The notes: generated by a model from the letters alone, not told the origin. 64,000 nt of DNA from Salegentibacter sp. (GCA_017795085.1 CP051246.1:806514-870513); one strand, 5' to 3'; shown: positions 1-9,828, numbered from the stretch's first letter. Made by a program: numbers and translations.

Positions 1-1
1 G

Positions 2-1645
2 GTTCTTATCCTTGTGATTATAAATCTGCTTTCCTCACAGTTTTTTACCCGTTTTGACCTTACAGAAGATAATCGTTACACGCTTTCTGAAGCTGCGCTG
101 GAAATTATAGAAGATATAGAAGAACCGGTAATTTTTGATGTTTTCCTGGAAGGAAATTTCCCTTCAGAATTTCGTCGTTTGCGTAATGAAACCCGGCAAA
201 TGTTGGAAGAATTTGCTGCTTATAACCCGAATATAAAATTCAAGTTTGTCGATCTGCTGGAAGGGGAGAATGATGCTGAAGCGGTGGCCCAGGAATTTTA
301 CCAAATAGGAATGCCGCCATCGAGGGTAAGTGTGCAGGAAAGCGGGAAGAGTTCCGAAGAACTTGTTTTTCCCTGGGCCATGGCTAATTTTGGAGAGAAG
401 TCGGTGCCTATTTCTTTATTGAAAAATCAATTGGGTGCTAGTGATGAAGACCGGGTAAATAATTCGGTACAGCAATTGGAATATGCCTTTGCCGATGGAT
501 TGAGCAAACTTATTTATCCGCGGGAAAAGAAAATAGCCATTATGCGGGGCAATGGTGAGTTACCGGATGCCCAAATTGCCGATTTTGTAAAAAACCTTCA
601 GGATTATTATTTACTCGCGCCGTTTACGTTAGATTCCGCAGCAGTAAATCCTCAGAAAACCCTGGAAGATTTAAAGGAATATGACCTGATTATAGAACCC
701 AAACCTACGCAGGCTTTTTCAGAAAAAGAAAAATTCGTATTGGATCAATATACTATGCAGGGAGGAAAATCGATTTGGCTGGTTGAAAGTGTGGCGATGG
801 AAACCGATAGCCTGATGAATGAAAGGGGAACGGCTTTGGCTTATCCGCGGGATTTACAACTGGGCGATATGTTCTTTTCTTATGGGCTTCGCATTAATCC
901 AGTATTGATTAACGATATTTATTCGGCTCCAATAATTTTGGCTTCGGGAAGTGGCAATAATACTCGTTTTAATCCATACCCCTGGTTTTACAGTCCGTTG
1001 AGCGCTTCGCCCAACCAACACCCGATAGTGAACAATATTGAAGCCGTAAAATTTGAATATGCCAACCAGATTGATATGCTTAAAAATGACATAGAAAAAG
1101 TAATCTTATTAAGCAGCTCCCCCCAAACCAAAGTGGAGGGAACACCACAGGAAATTAGTTTAAGTATGGCTGGAAAAGAGCCAAATATTTCCACTTACCA
1201 GGATGGAGAGCAACCATTGGCGGTTTTACTGGAAGGCAAATTTACTTCAGTTTATAAGAATAGGGTTAAGCCTTTTAGGTTGGAAAATCCGGTAGATGAA
1301 GGTAGTAAAAGTAAAATGCTGGTCATTGCCGATGGCGATGTGATTAAGAATGAAATTCAGCGCGGGGAAGTTTTACCACTTGGTTTTGAGCGCTACACCG
1401 GGAATACTTACGGTAACAAAGAGTTTTTGATGAATGCTGTAAATTATATGTTGGACGATACCGGTTTGATTAATATAAGAAGTAAAGAAATTAGTCTTGC
1501 CTTTATGGATCCGGAAAAAATTGCTGCAGAACGAGAAAAATGGCAGGTGTTGAATTTAGCACTTCCATTGATGGTATTGGGTATTTTTGGATTTTTGTTT
1601 AATTATTTCAGAAAAAGAAAATACATTAAAAATCTTGAAGCTTAA
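2..1645 (+). CDS. gldG: Gliding motility ABC transporter auxiliary protein GldG, 5'-truncated by the window edge
   Basis: Frame is open from base 2 (VLILVIINLLSSQFFTRFDLTEDNRYTLS). Has the ABC_transp_aux/GldG pattern and a C-terminal TM helix followed by RKRKY. Confidence 0.9.
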   Translation, partial: VLILVIINLLSSQFFTRFDLTEDNRYTLSEAALEIIEDIEEPVIFDVFLEGNFPSEFRRLRNETRQMLEEFAAYNPNIKFKFVDLLEGENDAEAVAQEFYQIGMPPSRVSVQESGKSSEELVFPWAMANFGEKSVPISLLKNQLGASDEDRVNNSVQQLEYAFADGLSKLIYPREKKIAIMRGNGELPDAQIADFVKNLQDYYLLAPFTLDSAAVNPQKTLEDLKEYDLIIEPKPTQAFSEKEKFVLDQYTMQGGKSIWLVESVAMETDSLMNERGTALAYPRDLQLGDMFFSYGLRINPVLINDIYSAPIILASGSGNNTRFNPYPWFYSPLSASPNQHPIVNNIEAVKFEYANQIDMLKNDIEKVILLSSSPQTKVEGTPQEISLSMAGKEPNISTYQDGEQPLAVLLEGKFTSVYKNRVKPFRLENPVDEGSKSKMLVIADGDVIKNEIQRGEVLPLGFERYTGNTYGNKEFLMNAVNYMLDDTGLINIRSKEISLAFMDPEKIAAEREKWQVLNLALPLMVLGIFGFLFNYFRKRKYIKNLEA

Positions 1646-1800
1646 ATTATTGTAGAGTGTGCTATTTCTTCAACATATCAACAATTTTTTTAAAAGGTTT
1701 TATTGTAAAAAACTGTTTTTTAGTTTTTTATATTCATAACGAAATTTTTCCTTGTTAATAAAAAGCAGCTGTGAAGGCCTGAAATCTTCTCGTATTCAAA

Positions 1801-1808
1801 TATATTTG
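1801..1808 (+). promoter_or_regulatory. Bacteroidota -7 promoter element (TAnnTTTG) upstream of dnaN
   Basis: TATATTTG lies about 30 bp before the dnaN ATG and matches the Bacteroidota housekeeping -7 consensus. Confidence 0.6.
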
Positions 1809-1837
1809 TAATTGATTCTAATTAATCAACAAAGCCG

Positions 1838-2956
1838 ATGAAATTTATTGTATCCAGCAATTATTTGCTGAAACAGCTTCAAATATTAGGCGGGGTTATC
1901 AACAACAATAACACACTGCCTATTTTAGATAATTTTTTATTCGACCTTAAACAGGATGAATTAAGGGTTTCCGCTTCCGATTTGGAAACCACGATGTCTG
2001 CAAAACTAAAGGTAGAGTCAGATTCTGAAGGAAAAATTGCCGTTCCCGCAAAATTACTATTAGACACTTTAAAAACTTTTCCCGAGCAACCATTAACTTT
2101 TGTTGCTGAAGACAACAATACCATAGAATTGAGTTCTAACCACGGGAAATATGCGCTGGCTTATGCCGATGGGGAAGAATTTCCAAATCCTGTGGAATTG
2201 GAAGAAAGCAGTACCACCACCCTTGAAGGTGATATTTTGGCAAACGCCATAAGCAAAACCATTTTTGCCTCTGGAAACGACGATTTACGTCCAGTGATGA
2301 GCGGGGTGTTCTTTCAGTTTTCTACTGATGGACTCACTTTTGTGGCTACCGATGCACATAAACTGGTGAAATATCAGCGGGAAGATGTGACTGCTTCTCA
2401 GGCTTCAGAATTTATTATGCCGAAAAAACCTTTAAACTTGCTGAAGGGAATTTTAGCCGGCAGTGAGAGTGAGGTTTTAATAGAATATAATGAATCTAAT
2501 GCGAAATTCACTTTTGATGATACGCAACTGGTTTGCCGTTTAATCGACGGGAAATATCCGAATTATGAGGCAGTAATTCCGAAGGAAAATCCGAATAAAC
2601 TAAGTATTGAGCGGAACCAGTTTTTGAGTTCAGTTCGCCGGGTTTCTATTTTCTCGAATAAAACCACACACCAGGTACGGTTAAAAATTGCCGGCGCCGA
2701 GTTAAATATTTCTGCTGAAGATGTTGATTACAGCAACAAAGCCGAAGAGCGATTAACCTGTTCTTACCAAGGCGATGATATGCAAATTGGTTTTAACTCG
2801 CGTTTTCTTACTGAAATGTTGAACAACCTGACTTCAGATGAGGTGCAATTGGAAATGAGTTTACCAAACCGCGCGGGAATTTTAACTCCTGTTGACGGAC
2901 TTGATCCCGGCGAGAAAATAACCATGCTGGTAATGCCGGTGATGCTTAATAACTAG
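1838..2956 (+). CDS. dnaN: DNA polymerase III beta sliding clamp
   Basis: 372 aa with TLPILDNFLF, ATDAHKL, RLIDGKYPNY, IGFNSRF and the terminal LVMPVM motif. Confidence 0.97.
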   Translation: MKFIVSSNYLLKQLQILGGVINNNNTLPILDNFLFDLKQDELRVSASDLETTMSAKLKVESDSEGKIAVPAKLLLDTLKTFPEQPLTFVAEDNNTIELSSNHGKYALAYADGEEFPNPVELEESSTTTLEGDILANAISKTIFASGNDDLRPVMSGVFFQFSTDGLTFVATDAHKLVKYQREDVTASQASEFIMPKKPLNLLKGILAGSESEVLIEYNESNAKFTFDDTQLVCRLIDGKYPNYEAVIPKENPNKLSIERNQFLSSVRRVSIFSNKTTHQVRLKIAGAELNISAEDVDYSNKAEERLTCSYQGDDMQIGFNSRFLTEMLNNLTSDEVQLEMSLPNRAGILTPVDGLDPGEKITMLVMPVMLNN

Positions 2957-2985
2957 TATTGAGTAAAGAGAATTGAGTATATAGT

Positions 2986-3014
2986 AAAAAGGCAGCCCGA
3001 TTGGCTGTCTTTTT
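2986..3014. terminator. Bidirectional intrinsic terminator between dnaN and the convergent gene
   Basis: AAAAAGGCAGCC-CGATT-GGCTGTCTTTTT hairpin with A and T tails. Confidence 0.8.
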
Positions 3015-3049
3015 AGTTTTTAAGATTTTTCTGGCTAAAAACCTAATCT

Positions 3050-3082
3050 AATCCTCACAGGATTTCAAATCTTGTGAGGATT
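3050..3082. repeat. Palindromic REP-like element
   Basis: AATCCTCACAGGATTT-C-AAATCTTGTGAGGATT is a near-perfect 16-bp-arm inverted repeat. Confidence 0.6.
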
Positions 3083-3093
3083 TTTTATGGAAA

Positions 3094-3432
3094 TTATTTT
3101 AGAATTTGAATGCTAAGCGGATAGTGGGGCATTTCGCTGTTACTGACTTTAATTGCATTTAAAATAGGGAAAATTAGCATGATTAATGCTATAGCGCCTA
3201 AAGCTATTAGCCCGAGCCCTAAAAGAAAAATCAGAGGAATGGCGATAATACTGTAAATAAACATACTGATTTGAAAATTCATTATCATTTTCCCGTGGAC
3301 ATCCATTCCGGCGATTTTATCGCGTTGGGTAAGCCATAAAATTAAGGGTACGATAAATCCTCCAATTCCGGTGATTAAATCCAGCAATTGGGTTAGATGT
3401 GTGACGATTAGTAATTGTTTGTCTTCTCTCAT
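3094..3432 (-). CDS. DUF4870-like small membrane protein
   Basis: 112 aa, three hydrophobic segments, with PLILWL..., HGK..MNFQIS and terminal YPLSI typical of the family. Confidence 0.8.
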   Translation of the reverse strand: MREDKQLLIVTHLTQLLDLITGIGGFIVPLILWLTQRDKIAGMDVHGKMIMNFQISMFIYSIIAIPLIFLLGLGLIALGAIALIMLIFPILNAIKVSNSEMPHYPLSIQILK

Positions 3433-3570
3433 TGTATAGTATCGAGTAGTTAGTATTGAGGAATTGAATAGCTCCTTTAAAATAAGACGATAATTCAGGT
3501 GAATTGTTACACTTTTTATTCGGTAGGATTTTATAGCGAATTAAAAACTGTAAACTGCAAACTGATTTTT

Positions 3571-3578
3571 TACCTTTG
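3571..3578 (+). promoter_or_regulatory. -7 promoter element for mnmE
   Basis: TACCTTTG lies immediately before the ATG at 3583. Confidence 0.55.
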
Positions 3579-3582
3579 TTGT

Positions 3583-4986
3583 ATGAAATTGAATGATACT
3601 ATAGTAGCGCTTGCCACCCCATCGGGAGCTGGTGCAATAGCAGTAATACGTATTTCCGGCCCTGAAGCTTTACAAACTGTTGAACCGCTTTTTAAAGCCA
3701 AAAGCGGTAAGAAGCTTGGGGAACAGCCCAGTCATACGCTTCATTTGGGAAATATTTTAGATGGGGAGCGTAATTTAGATGAGGTTTTAATTTCAATTTT
3801 TAAAGGGACCCGTTCATATACCGGAGAAGAAACCATAGAAATTTCATGTCATGGGAGTCCGTATATTCAGCAGGAAATTATTCAATTACTGGTTAGAAAA
3901 GGCTGTCGTTCAGCTGAGGCAGGAGAATTTACCATGCGTGCCTTCTTAAACGGAAAAATGGATTTAAGTCAGGCTGAAGCTGTAGCCGATTTAATTTCTT
4001 CTGAAAACCAGGCTAGTCATCAAATGGCGATGCAGCAAATGCGTGGTGGATTTTCAACTGAGATTCACCGGTTGCGCCAGGAATTATTAGATTTCGCTTC
4101 CTTAATCGAGTTAGAACTCGATTTTTCTGAAGAAGATGTAGAGTTTGCCAATCGTGATCAATTTAGAGATTTAGTAGCCCGGATTCAGCAGGTTTTAAAA
4201 CGACTAATCGATTCTTTTGCTACCGGGAATGTCTTAAAAAACGGAATTCCGGTAGCGATTGTTGGTGAACCCAATGTTGGGAAATCGACCTTGCTTAATG
4301 CCCTTTTAAACGAAGAACGCGCCATTGTTTCAGAAATCGCCGGGACCACCCGCGATAGTATAGAAGACGAGATGAGCATTGGCGGAGTAGGTTTTCGATT
4401 TATAGATACCGCAGGGATTCGGGAAACTAAAGATGTGGTGGAAAACATTGGAATTAAGCGCACTTTTGAGAAAATAAGTCAGGCACAAGTTGTGGTATTT
4501 TTGCTGGAGGCAGAAAAATTTAAAGCTCACCCCTCAAAATTCAAAGTAGAAATAGAAAAAATCCAAAATCAGTTTCCACAAAAGCCTTTAATTATAGTTG
4601 CAAATAAGATTGATCAATTTACACAGGCTGAACAGCAAAAATTGGCAGAGAATCTTCGTGAAATTAAAGGAGCCGATTTACAGCTGCTTTCTGCTAAAAC
4701 CGGAGCGGGAGTAGAGGAATTAAAACAGAAATTGTTGGAGTTTGTCAATACCGGTGCGCTGAGGAATAATAATACTATTGTTACCAATAGCCGTCATTAC
4801 AATGCCCTTTTAAAAGCCCTGGAGGAGATCAATAAAGTAGAAGAGGGGCTAAATGCCGAACTTTCAGGTGATTTACTGGCCATTGATATCCGCGAAGCTC
4901 TACATTATTTTGGAGAAATAACCGGTGAGGTTACCAATGATGAATTATTAGGGAATATATTTTCCAATTTCTGTATTGGTAAATAA
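3583..4986 (+). CDS. mnmE: tRNA modification GTPase MnmE (TrmE). True start is probably ATG 3583, not the ORF-track 3499
   Basis: DTIVALATP, GEPNVGKS, DTAGIR, NKID and terminal FSNFCIGK motifs. Confidence 0.97.
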   Translation: MKLNDTIVALATPSGAGAIAVIRISGPEALQTVEPLFKAKSGKKLGEQPSHTLHLGNILDGERNLDEVLISIFKGTRSYTGEETIEISCHGSPYIQQEIIQLLVRKGCRSAEAGEFTMRAFLNGKMDLSQAEAVADLISSENQASHQMAMQQMRGGFSTEIHRLRQELLDFASLIELELDFSEEDVEFANRDQFRDLVARIQQVLKRLIDSFATGNVLKNGIPVAIVGEPNVGKSTLLNALLNEERAIVSEIAGTTRDSIEDEMSIGGVGFRFIDTAGIRETKDVVENIGIKRTFEKISQAQVVVFLLEAEKFKAHPSKFKVEIEKIQNQFPQKPLIIVANKIDQFTQAEQQKLAENLREIKGADLQLLSAKTGAGVEELKQKLLEFVNTGALRNNNTIVTNSRHYNALLKALEEINKVEEGLNAELSGDLLAIDIREALHYFGEITGEVTNDELLGNIFSNFCIGK

Positions 4987-4987
4987 A
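4969..4987 (+). repeat. attL core (3' end of mnmE)
   Basis: TTCTGTATTGGTAAATAAA is identical to 40381-40399 (22 bp with one mismatch if extended left). Confidence 0.9.
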
Positions 4988-5107
4988 TTGGCTTTAAAAT
5001 TTGGGGCTAAATAACTTTATTTGATATTAAATATTATGAAAATCAATGTTTTACAAGGTTATTTTCTTTTTGTGTTTTCCGTTTTTTAAATGTTAGTTCA
5101 CTTTTTT

Positions 5108-5167
5108 TTACACCTTTATTACACCTCGATGTTAAAATTTGTATTCCAGGTGTAATAAATTACACCT
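5108..5167. promoter_or_regulatory. Putative integrase arm-type binding sites
   Basis: TTACACCT at 5108, 5119 and 5160 and inverted at 5148. The same octamer occurs at 40334 next to attR. Confidence 0.6.
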
Positions 5168-5208
5168 TGTTTTATTTTTTTAGCTATCTTTATGAAAAAC
5201 AAGTAGAT

Positions 5209-6351
5209 ATGAAAATAAAGCTAAAAAAGAAGAAACTTGCTTCCGGAAAATATAGTCTTTATATCGAATATTATAAAGGAACCATACAAGATGAGGATGG
5301 AAAACAAACTCATAATAGGGAATTCGAATACCTTAGAGAATACCTATTTGTTAATCCTAAAGATAGTTTCGAGAAGAATAAAAATGAAGAAACCTTATTA
5401 AGGGCAGAACAGATACTATCGATTCGAAAAGCGGAATATGCCCAGGGAAAATATGGTATAAAAGATAAAAGTAAGGAGAAATTTCTCTTTCTAACTTATT
5501 ACGACAAAATTAAAGAAGAGCGTTATGAGAGCAAGGGGAATTACGACAATTGGGATGCCGCTCAAAATCATATCGAGGATTATATTGGGAAAAGGAAAAT
5601 AACTTTTGAGGATGTTGATGAGGATTTCGTTTTAGGATTTAAAAAATACCTGAATAATAAAGCTAAAACAAAGTCTAATACTCTTCTATCCCAAAACTCC
5701 AAATACACTTATTACAATAAATTTAGGGCTGCTTTACGCCAGGCTTTTGACGATGGATATACCCGGCGAAATTTTGCTACAACGGTCAAAGGATTTGCTC
5801 AGGGGGAAACAACACGGGAATACCTTACGCAGGAGGAATTACAAGCTATGGCAACAGCCTACTGCAAGCACCGGGTACTTAAAAATGCATTTATGTTTAG
5901 TTGTTTAACCGGGCTTAGATGGAGTGATATAAACAAACTGACCTGGCTTGAAGTTAGGGATGAAGAGGAAGGATCCCGCTTAATTTTTAAGCAAAAGAAA
6001 ACCTCGGGACAGGAATATCAATATATTTCCAACCAGGCAAGACAGCTTTTAGGAAAAAGAAAAAGAGACAATGCCCGGGTATTCCAAGGTTTAAAATACG
6101 GAGCCCATTTTAATTCAGAAATACTGAGATGGTGTATGCGGGCCGGTATAACTAAACACATAACTTTTCATAGTGCCAGACATACTCACGCCGTCCTACT
6201 ATTGGAATATGGTGCTGATATCTATACTGTCTCAAAAGTTTTGGGACATAAAGAAATAAGAACCACCCAGGTTTATGCAAAGATTGTAGATAAGAAAAAG
6301 AAGGAAGCAGCCAACCTAATTCCTGAACTTGAAATGGATTATGAGTTTTGA
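5209..6351 (+). CDS. Tyrosine recombinase/integrase (Bacteroidota arm-binding + SAM-like + catalytic domains). Probable start ATG 5209
   Basis: TGLRWSD, HSARHT, LGHK and TTQVYAK catalytic motifs. N-terminal KKKKLASGKYSLYIEYY arm domain. Confidence 0.95.
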   Translation: MKIKLKKKKLASGKYSLYIEYYKGTIQDEDGKQTHNREFEYLREYLFVNPKDSFEKNKNEETLLRAEQILSIRKAEYAQGKYGIKDKSKEKFLFLTYYDKIKEERYESKGNYDNWDAAQNHIEDYIGKRKITFEDVDEDFVLGFKKYLNNKAKTKSNTLLSQNSKYTYYNKFRAALRQAFDDGYTRRNFATTVKGFAQGETTREYLTQEELQAMATAYCKHRVLKNAFMFSCLTGLRWSDINKLTWLEVRDEEEGSRLIFKQKKTSGQEYQYISNQARQLLGKRKRDNARVFQGLKYGAHFNSEILRWCMRAGITKHITFHSARHTHAVLLLEYGADIYTVSKVLGHKEIRTTQVYAKIVDKKKKEAANLIPELEMDYEF

Positions 6352-7084
6352 TCTTATCACATACCTAACAACACTGGGTTTAATATATATTTATGGGAGG
6401 CTTATTTTACATTATGGTGAAATGCTTGGGGCTTATATATTAAATGCAGGAATACTATGGAAATCGAATTTAGAAAAACCGAGAATTCTATTTCTTTGTA
6501 TCGGGTTAGGATTTATGCACCTGATGTCATTTGCAAGTGCCAACATTTCTCCTGAAAATTATTTAGTTCAGGTAATTGTACTTCTGGCCTATGGAGTTGG
6601 ATTTTATTTCGCATTTGTAACCTGGACAGACCAGTTCAGCAATAGTATGCAAGTCGAAGAAGCTTTGCCAGCACTTGAAAAAACCGCATTAAAAAAAGCA
6701 GAGAATTTTCAGCTTAAAATTTCCGAAGATCAAATAAAAATTCTATATCATGGATTACGGCAGTATGATCTTTTAGATACAGACAGAACCAGTCTTGAAG
6801 ATTTCCGGAATGTAATTACGAAAAATTGGGTCGATCATAATTCAAAAATTCATTTTAGTATGGATGGCCCTAGTTCTCGAGAATTTTATGAATATTTTTC
6901 TAAAGCCTTCCCGAATGAAATGACGATGAAAGATTTATTTATTAACTCGGGTTTAATATTGCGTCCGGATGGGAAAAAGTACAAATACAATACCTTGAAA
7001 AATGCGCTCAATCGAACACCTATATCCAAACAAAGTGAAGCGCTGCATAGCATTTTTAGCAAGTTAACTAAAAAGGTTCAGTAA
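6329..7084 (+). CDS. Integrase-coupled hypothetical membrane protein (ORF2 family)
   Basis: Overlaps the integrase 3' end and has N-terminal TM helices. Homologues at 41106 and about 53736. Confidence 0.75.
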   Translation: MKWIMSFDLITYLTTLGLIYIYGRLILHYGEMLGAYILNAGILWKSNLEKPRILFLCIGLGFMHLMSFASANISPENYLVQVIVLLAYGVGFYFAFVTWTDQFSNSMQVEEALPALEKTALKKAENFQLKISEDQIKILYHGLRQYDLLDTDRTSLEDFRNVITKNWVDHNSKIHFSMDGPSSREFYEYFSKAFPNEMTMKDLFINSGLILRPDGKKYKYNTLKNALNRTPISKQSEALHSIFSKLTKKVQ

Positions 7085-7173
7085 TAGAGAAATTATTTAT
7101 TTCTAAATTGTAAATCAATTAGCTGTAAATATCCAATCTACTCCTAACTTCCCTGCGCTCTTCAGCTATTTTA

Positions 7174-7208
7174 CTTGACGTTAGCCAAAGAAATTAATGG
7201 AGTTTCTT
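7174..7208 (+). repeat. 35-bp repeat, copy 1 (copy 2 at 9613-9647)
   Basis: CTTGACGTTAGCC(A/G)AAGAAATTAATGGAGTTTCTT with one mismatch. Each copy lies downstream of an alpha/beta hydrolase gene. Confidence 0.85.
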
Positions 7209-7359
7209 TATATGGGGAATGGCTTACAACGTTTCTTAAGAACAGTGTAATCGGACGAACCTTATTGTTTCCAGGATTATACAGCAGGCAATTTTTTTCG
7301 AGTTTTTAGCAAATACTTTCACAGAATCAAATGTTGTTAACCGTTCAATTTTGTCTTTT

Positions 7360-8328
7360 CTATTTAAGTGTTTCAGCCATTAAAAGTATTTCTTTATTAA
7401 TTATTTCTGCATTCTCTTTTTTTGTAATTAAAGAACCATGATTCGCATCCATATAAAATTGTTTTCCTTCAGTAGATAATTCTTTCAATTCTTTTTGCAT
7501 TTCGAACCATATCTTAGGATCGCCATACTGTTTTTGTGCTGTAAAAACCAAAACAGGTAAAGAATCTAAATTCTTTGTTCTACCTGCTCGTAAAAGAATA
7601 TCATCGTTTATCTTATCTTCTTTTACATACCTACGATAAACATCCCCTGAATATGAAGTTAGATCCATTTTACGATTTTTGGCATCTTCTGGTAAGTGTT
7701 TATCTATAGATTTCGGATTAGTTATTTCATAATATGCTCCCGTTATTCCTATATCAGAAATTATTGAAAAAGATTTTAATAGCGTAATTTGTGTTTCATC
7801 AAATATTCCTTTTGTTGTCAATCGTTTCCATTGTTCCGGATGGCTTGAATCCAGAAAAACCATTCCTTTTACTTCATTTGGATATAGATCCCTGAATATT
7901 AGATTATAGGGTCCGCCCATAGAGTGGCCTCCCAGTATATAAGGTGGTTTTTCGCCATTTTTTTCTAATAATTTATGTAATTGGCGAGCATAAAATTCCG
8001 CAGTAATACTGTCTTTACTTGGTTCGCTAAACCATTTTCCTTCTCTATCATAACGCACAACTCTTATATTTCTTTTTAATCCTTCAGCAATCCAATGAAA
8101 TGCATCAGTATCACCGCCAGCACCAGATTCAAGAATAAGTGTTGGCAAATCATTTTTTGGACCTTCTGCTCTTATATGAAGTTTAATGCCATCGACATCA
8201 ACTAGCTTCCCTGGTGGAACGGGTTTTGAACTAAATAAACGGAAAGCCAATCCTGATATTAAAAGTAGAATTATAAGTCCGGCTAAAATTTCACCAATCC
8301 ACTTAAAGATTTTTAAAATTAATTTCAT
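7360..8328 (-). CDS. Alpha/beta hydrolase with N-terminal membrane anchor
   Basis: GHSMGG nucleophile elbow, RYDREG, LDSSHP and a C-terminal catalytic His (ANHGSL). Confidence 0.9.
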   Translation of the reverse strand: MKLILKIFKWIGEILAGLIILLLISGLAFRLFSSKPVPPGKLVDVDGIKLHIRAEGPKNDLPTLILESGAGGDTDAFHWIAEGLKRNIRVVRYDREGKWFSEPSKDSITAEFYARQLHKLLEKNGEKPPYILGGHSMGGPYNLIFRDLYPNEVKGMVFLDSSHPEQWKRLTTKGIFDETQITLLKSFSIISDIGITGAYYEITNPKSIDKHLPEDAKNRKMDLTSYSGDVYRRYVKEDKINDDILLRAGRTKNLDSLPVLVFTAQKQYGDPKIWFEMQKELKELSTEGKQFYMDANHGSLITKKENAEIINKEILLMAETLK

Positions 8329-8458
8329 AGTATCTTTATAAATTGTTTAAAACCATTCTGTGTAAATACTGTGAGGGCGGGCAAGTTTGATTGTGGCAGG
8401 AAAATCCGGTAAGCAAGCAAGTGGGAGAGTTAAGATTCAGGACAGGTCTGAGCATTTT

Positions 8459-9289
8459 TTATTTAGGTTTATGCATTGGGCTTTTTTTTAAGAATACTAA
8501 TATCAATCCTGCCAAAATAAATGGTAGGCTTAAGAGCTGCCCCATGTTTAAAGCTAGCTGGTCTTCAAAATTCACTTGATTTTCTTTGTAAAATTCTATA
8601 ACAAATCTTGATAAAAATAATAGCACGAGAAAAATCCCAAAAATATATCCATCTTTTTTAATTTTCCTTTTTGATTTATAGATCAAAAATAATAGCCCGA
8701 AAATTAGTAAATATGCCGTTGCTTCATAAAGTTGAGTGGGATGTCTGGGAATCAAGTCATCTCTCTGAAAAACAACACCCCAATTTCCATTGGTTGGTTT
8801 TCCATAGATTTCTGAATTCATAAAATTTCCAAGTCGAATAAATGCTCCTGTAATAGGAGTTCCAATGGCTACTCTATCTAATATCCATAATAACTTAGTT
8901 TTATATTTTTTCGAATACCATACAATAGCAATTAGAACGCCTAAAGCTCCCCCATGGCTAGCTAAACCTTGAAATCCTATAAATTCATAATTTCCATTAA
9001 TTTTTGCAACCGGAAGAAATATTTCTACCGGATGATTTAGATAATAGCTAGGATCATAAAATAAACAATGTCCGAGTCGAGCTCCAATTACCGTCCCTAA
9101 TACAATATAAATTAAGAGCTTGTCTAAATTTTCTATAGGTATATTCTCTTTTTTATAAATGTACTTAACAGTATAATAGGCTAATAAAAGACCAGTCACG
9201 AAAAACAATCCATAATACTTTAGTGGAAAGGACTCGGTTATCCAGAATATAACAGGATCGAGATCCCAATTTATTATTTTATCATCCAT
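8459..9289 (-). CDS. lgt: Prolipoprotein diacylglyceryl transferase (island-borne copy)
   Basis: GARLGHCLFY, GLASHGG, IRLGNFMNSEIYG, RHPTQLYE and RFVIEFYK motifs. Confidence 0.93.
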   Translation of the reverse strand: MDDKIINWDLDPVIFWITESFPLKYYGLFFVTGLLLAYYTVKYIYKKENIPIENLDKLLIYIVLGTVIGARLGHCLFYDPSYYLNHPVEIFLPVAKINGNYEFIGFQGLASHGGALGVLIAIVWYSKKYKTKLLWILDRVAIGTPITGAFIRLGNFMNSEIYGKPTNGNWGVVFQRDDLIPRHPTQLYEATAYLLIFGLLFLIYKSKRKIKKDGYIFGIFLVLLFLSRFVIEFYKENQVNFEDQLALNMGQLLSLPFILAGLILVFLKKSPMHKPK

Positions 9290-9612
9290 TTTATTTTCAT
9301 TCGTTGTTTATCTCTTTGTTAGCCGTGAGCTTAACTTCTAGTGTAAAAAAAGTGTAAGCAGGCGAGCTTGACTGTCGGTAGGACAAATAAGATGTTGCAT
9401 ACGAGTGTGGGGTTTCGATTGGAGAATAAATTTAGCATTCTTTTTGTATAATATGGCCGTTGCCCGTAGTGTTTTCTTCTTTTTTTTCTTCCAGAAGTTG
9501 TTTTACATTCCTACGATTCTTTAATTCTGACTAACGTCAAATTTTGTTGTTGATTTTCAAATAGTTGTATTTTTCACTCTTTTAATAATTTCCTCTTTTC
9601 TCTGTCCTTTCC

Positions 9613-9647
9613 CTTGACGTTAGCCGAAGAAATTAATGGAGTTTCTT
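9613..9647 (+). repeat. 35-bp repeat, copy 2
   Basis: Matches 7174-7208 at 34 of 35 positions. Confidence 0.85.
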
Positions 9648-9828
9648 CATGTGGAATGTGCCACAACATGAAAATAAATGCACTGGTGTGCTTATATATT
9701 AATATTATTAAGAATTTATTTTTGTTACTTTCTTGGTTCCCTAAATTAAAAATTTTCGATAAACCCCGTTTTTTTTCAAGGAATGGGATACTAGCTAAAA
9801 GTTAGTTTTCATATATTCTTGTTGTAAT

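Noticed and set aside
3499-3582. N-terminal extensions given by the ORF track for mnmE (also integrase 5167-5208 and hsdR 25847-25912)
   Set aside because: Family similarity begins at the downstream ATG, and for mnmE a promoter-like box lies inside the extension.
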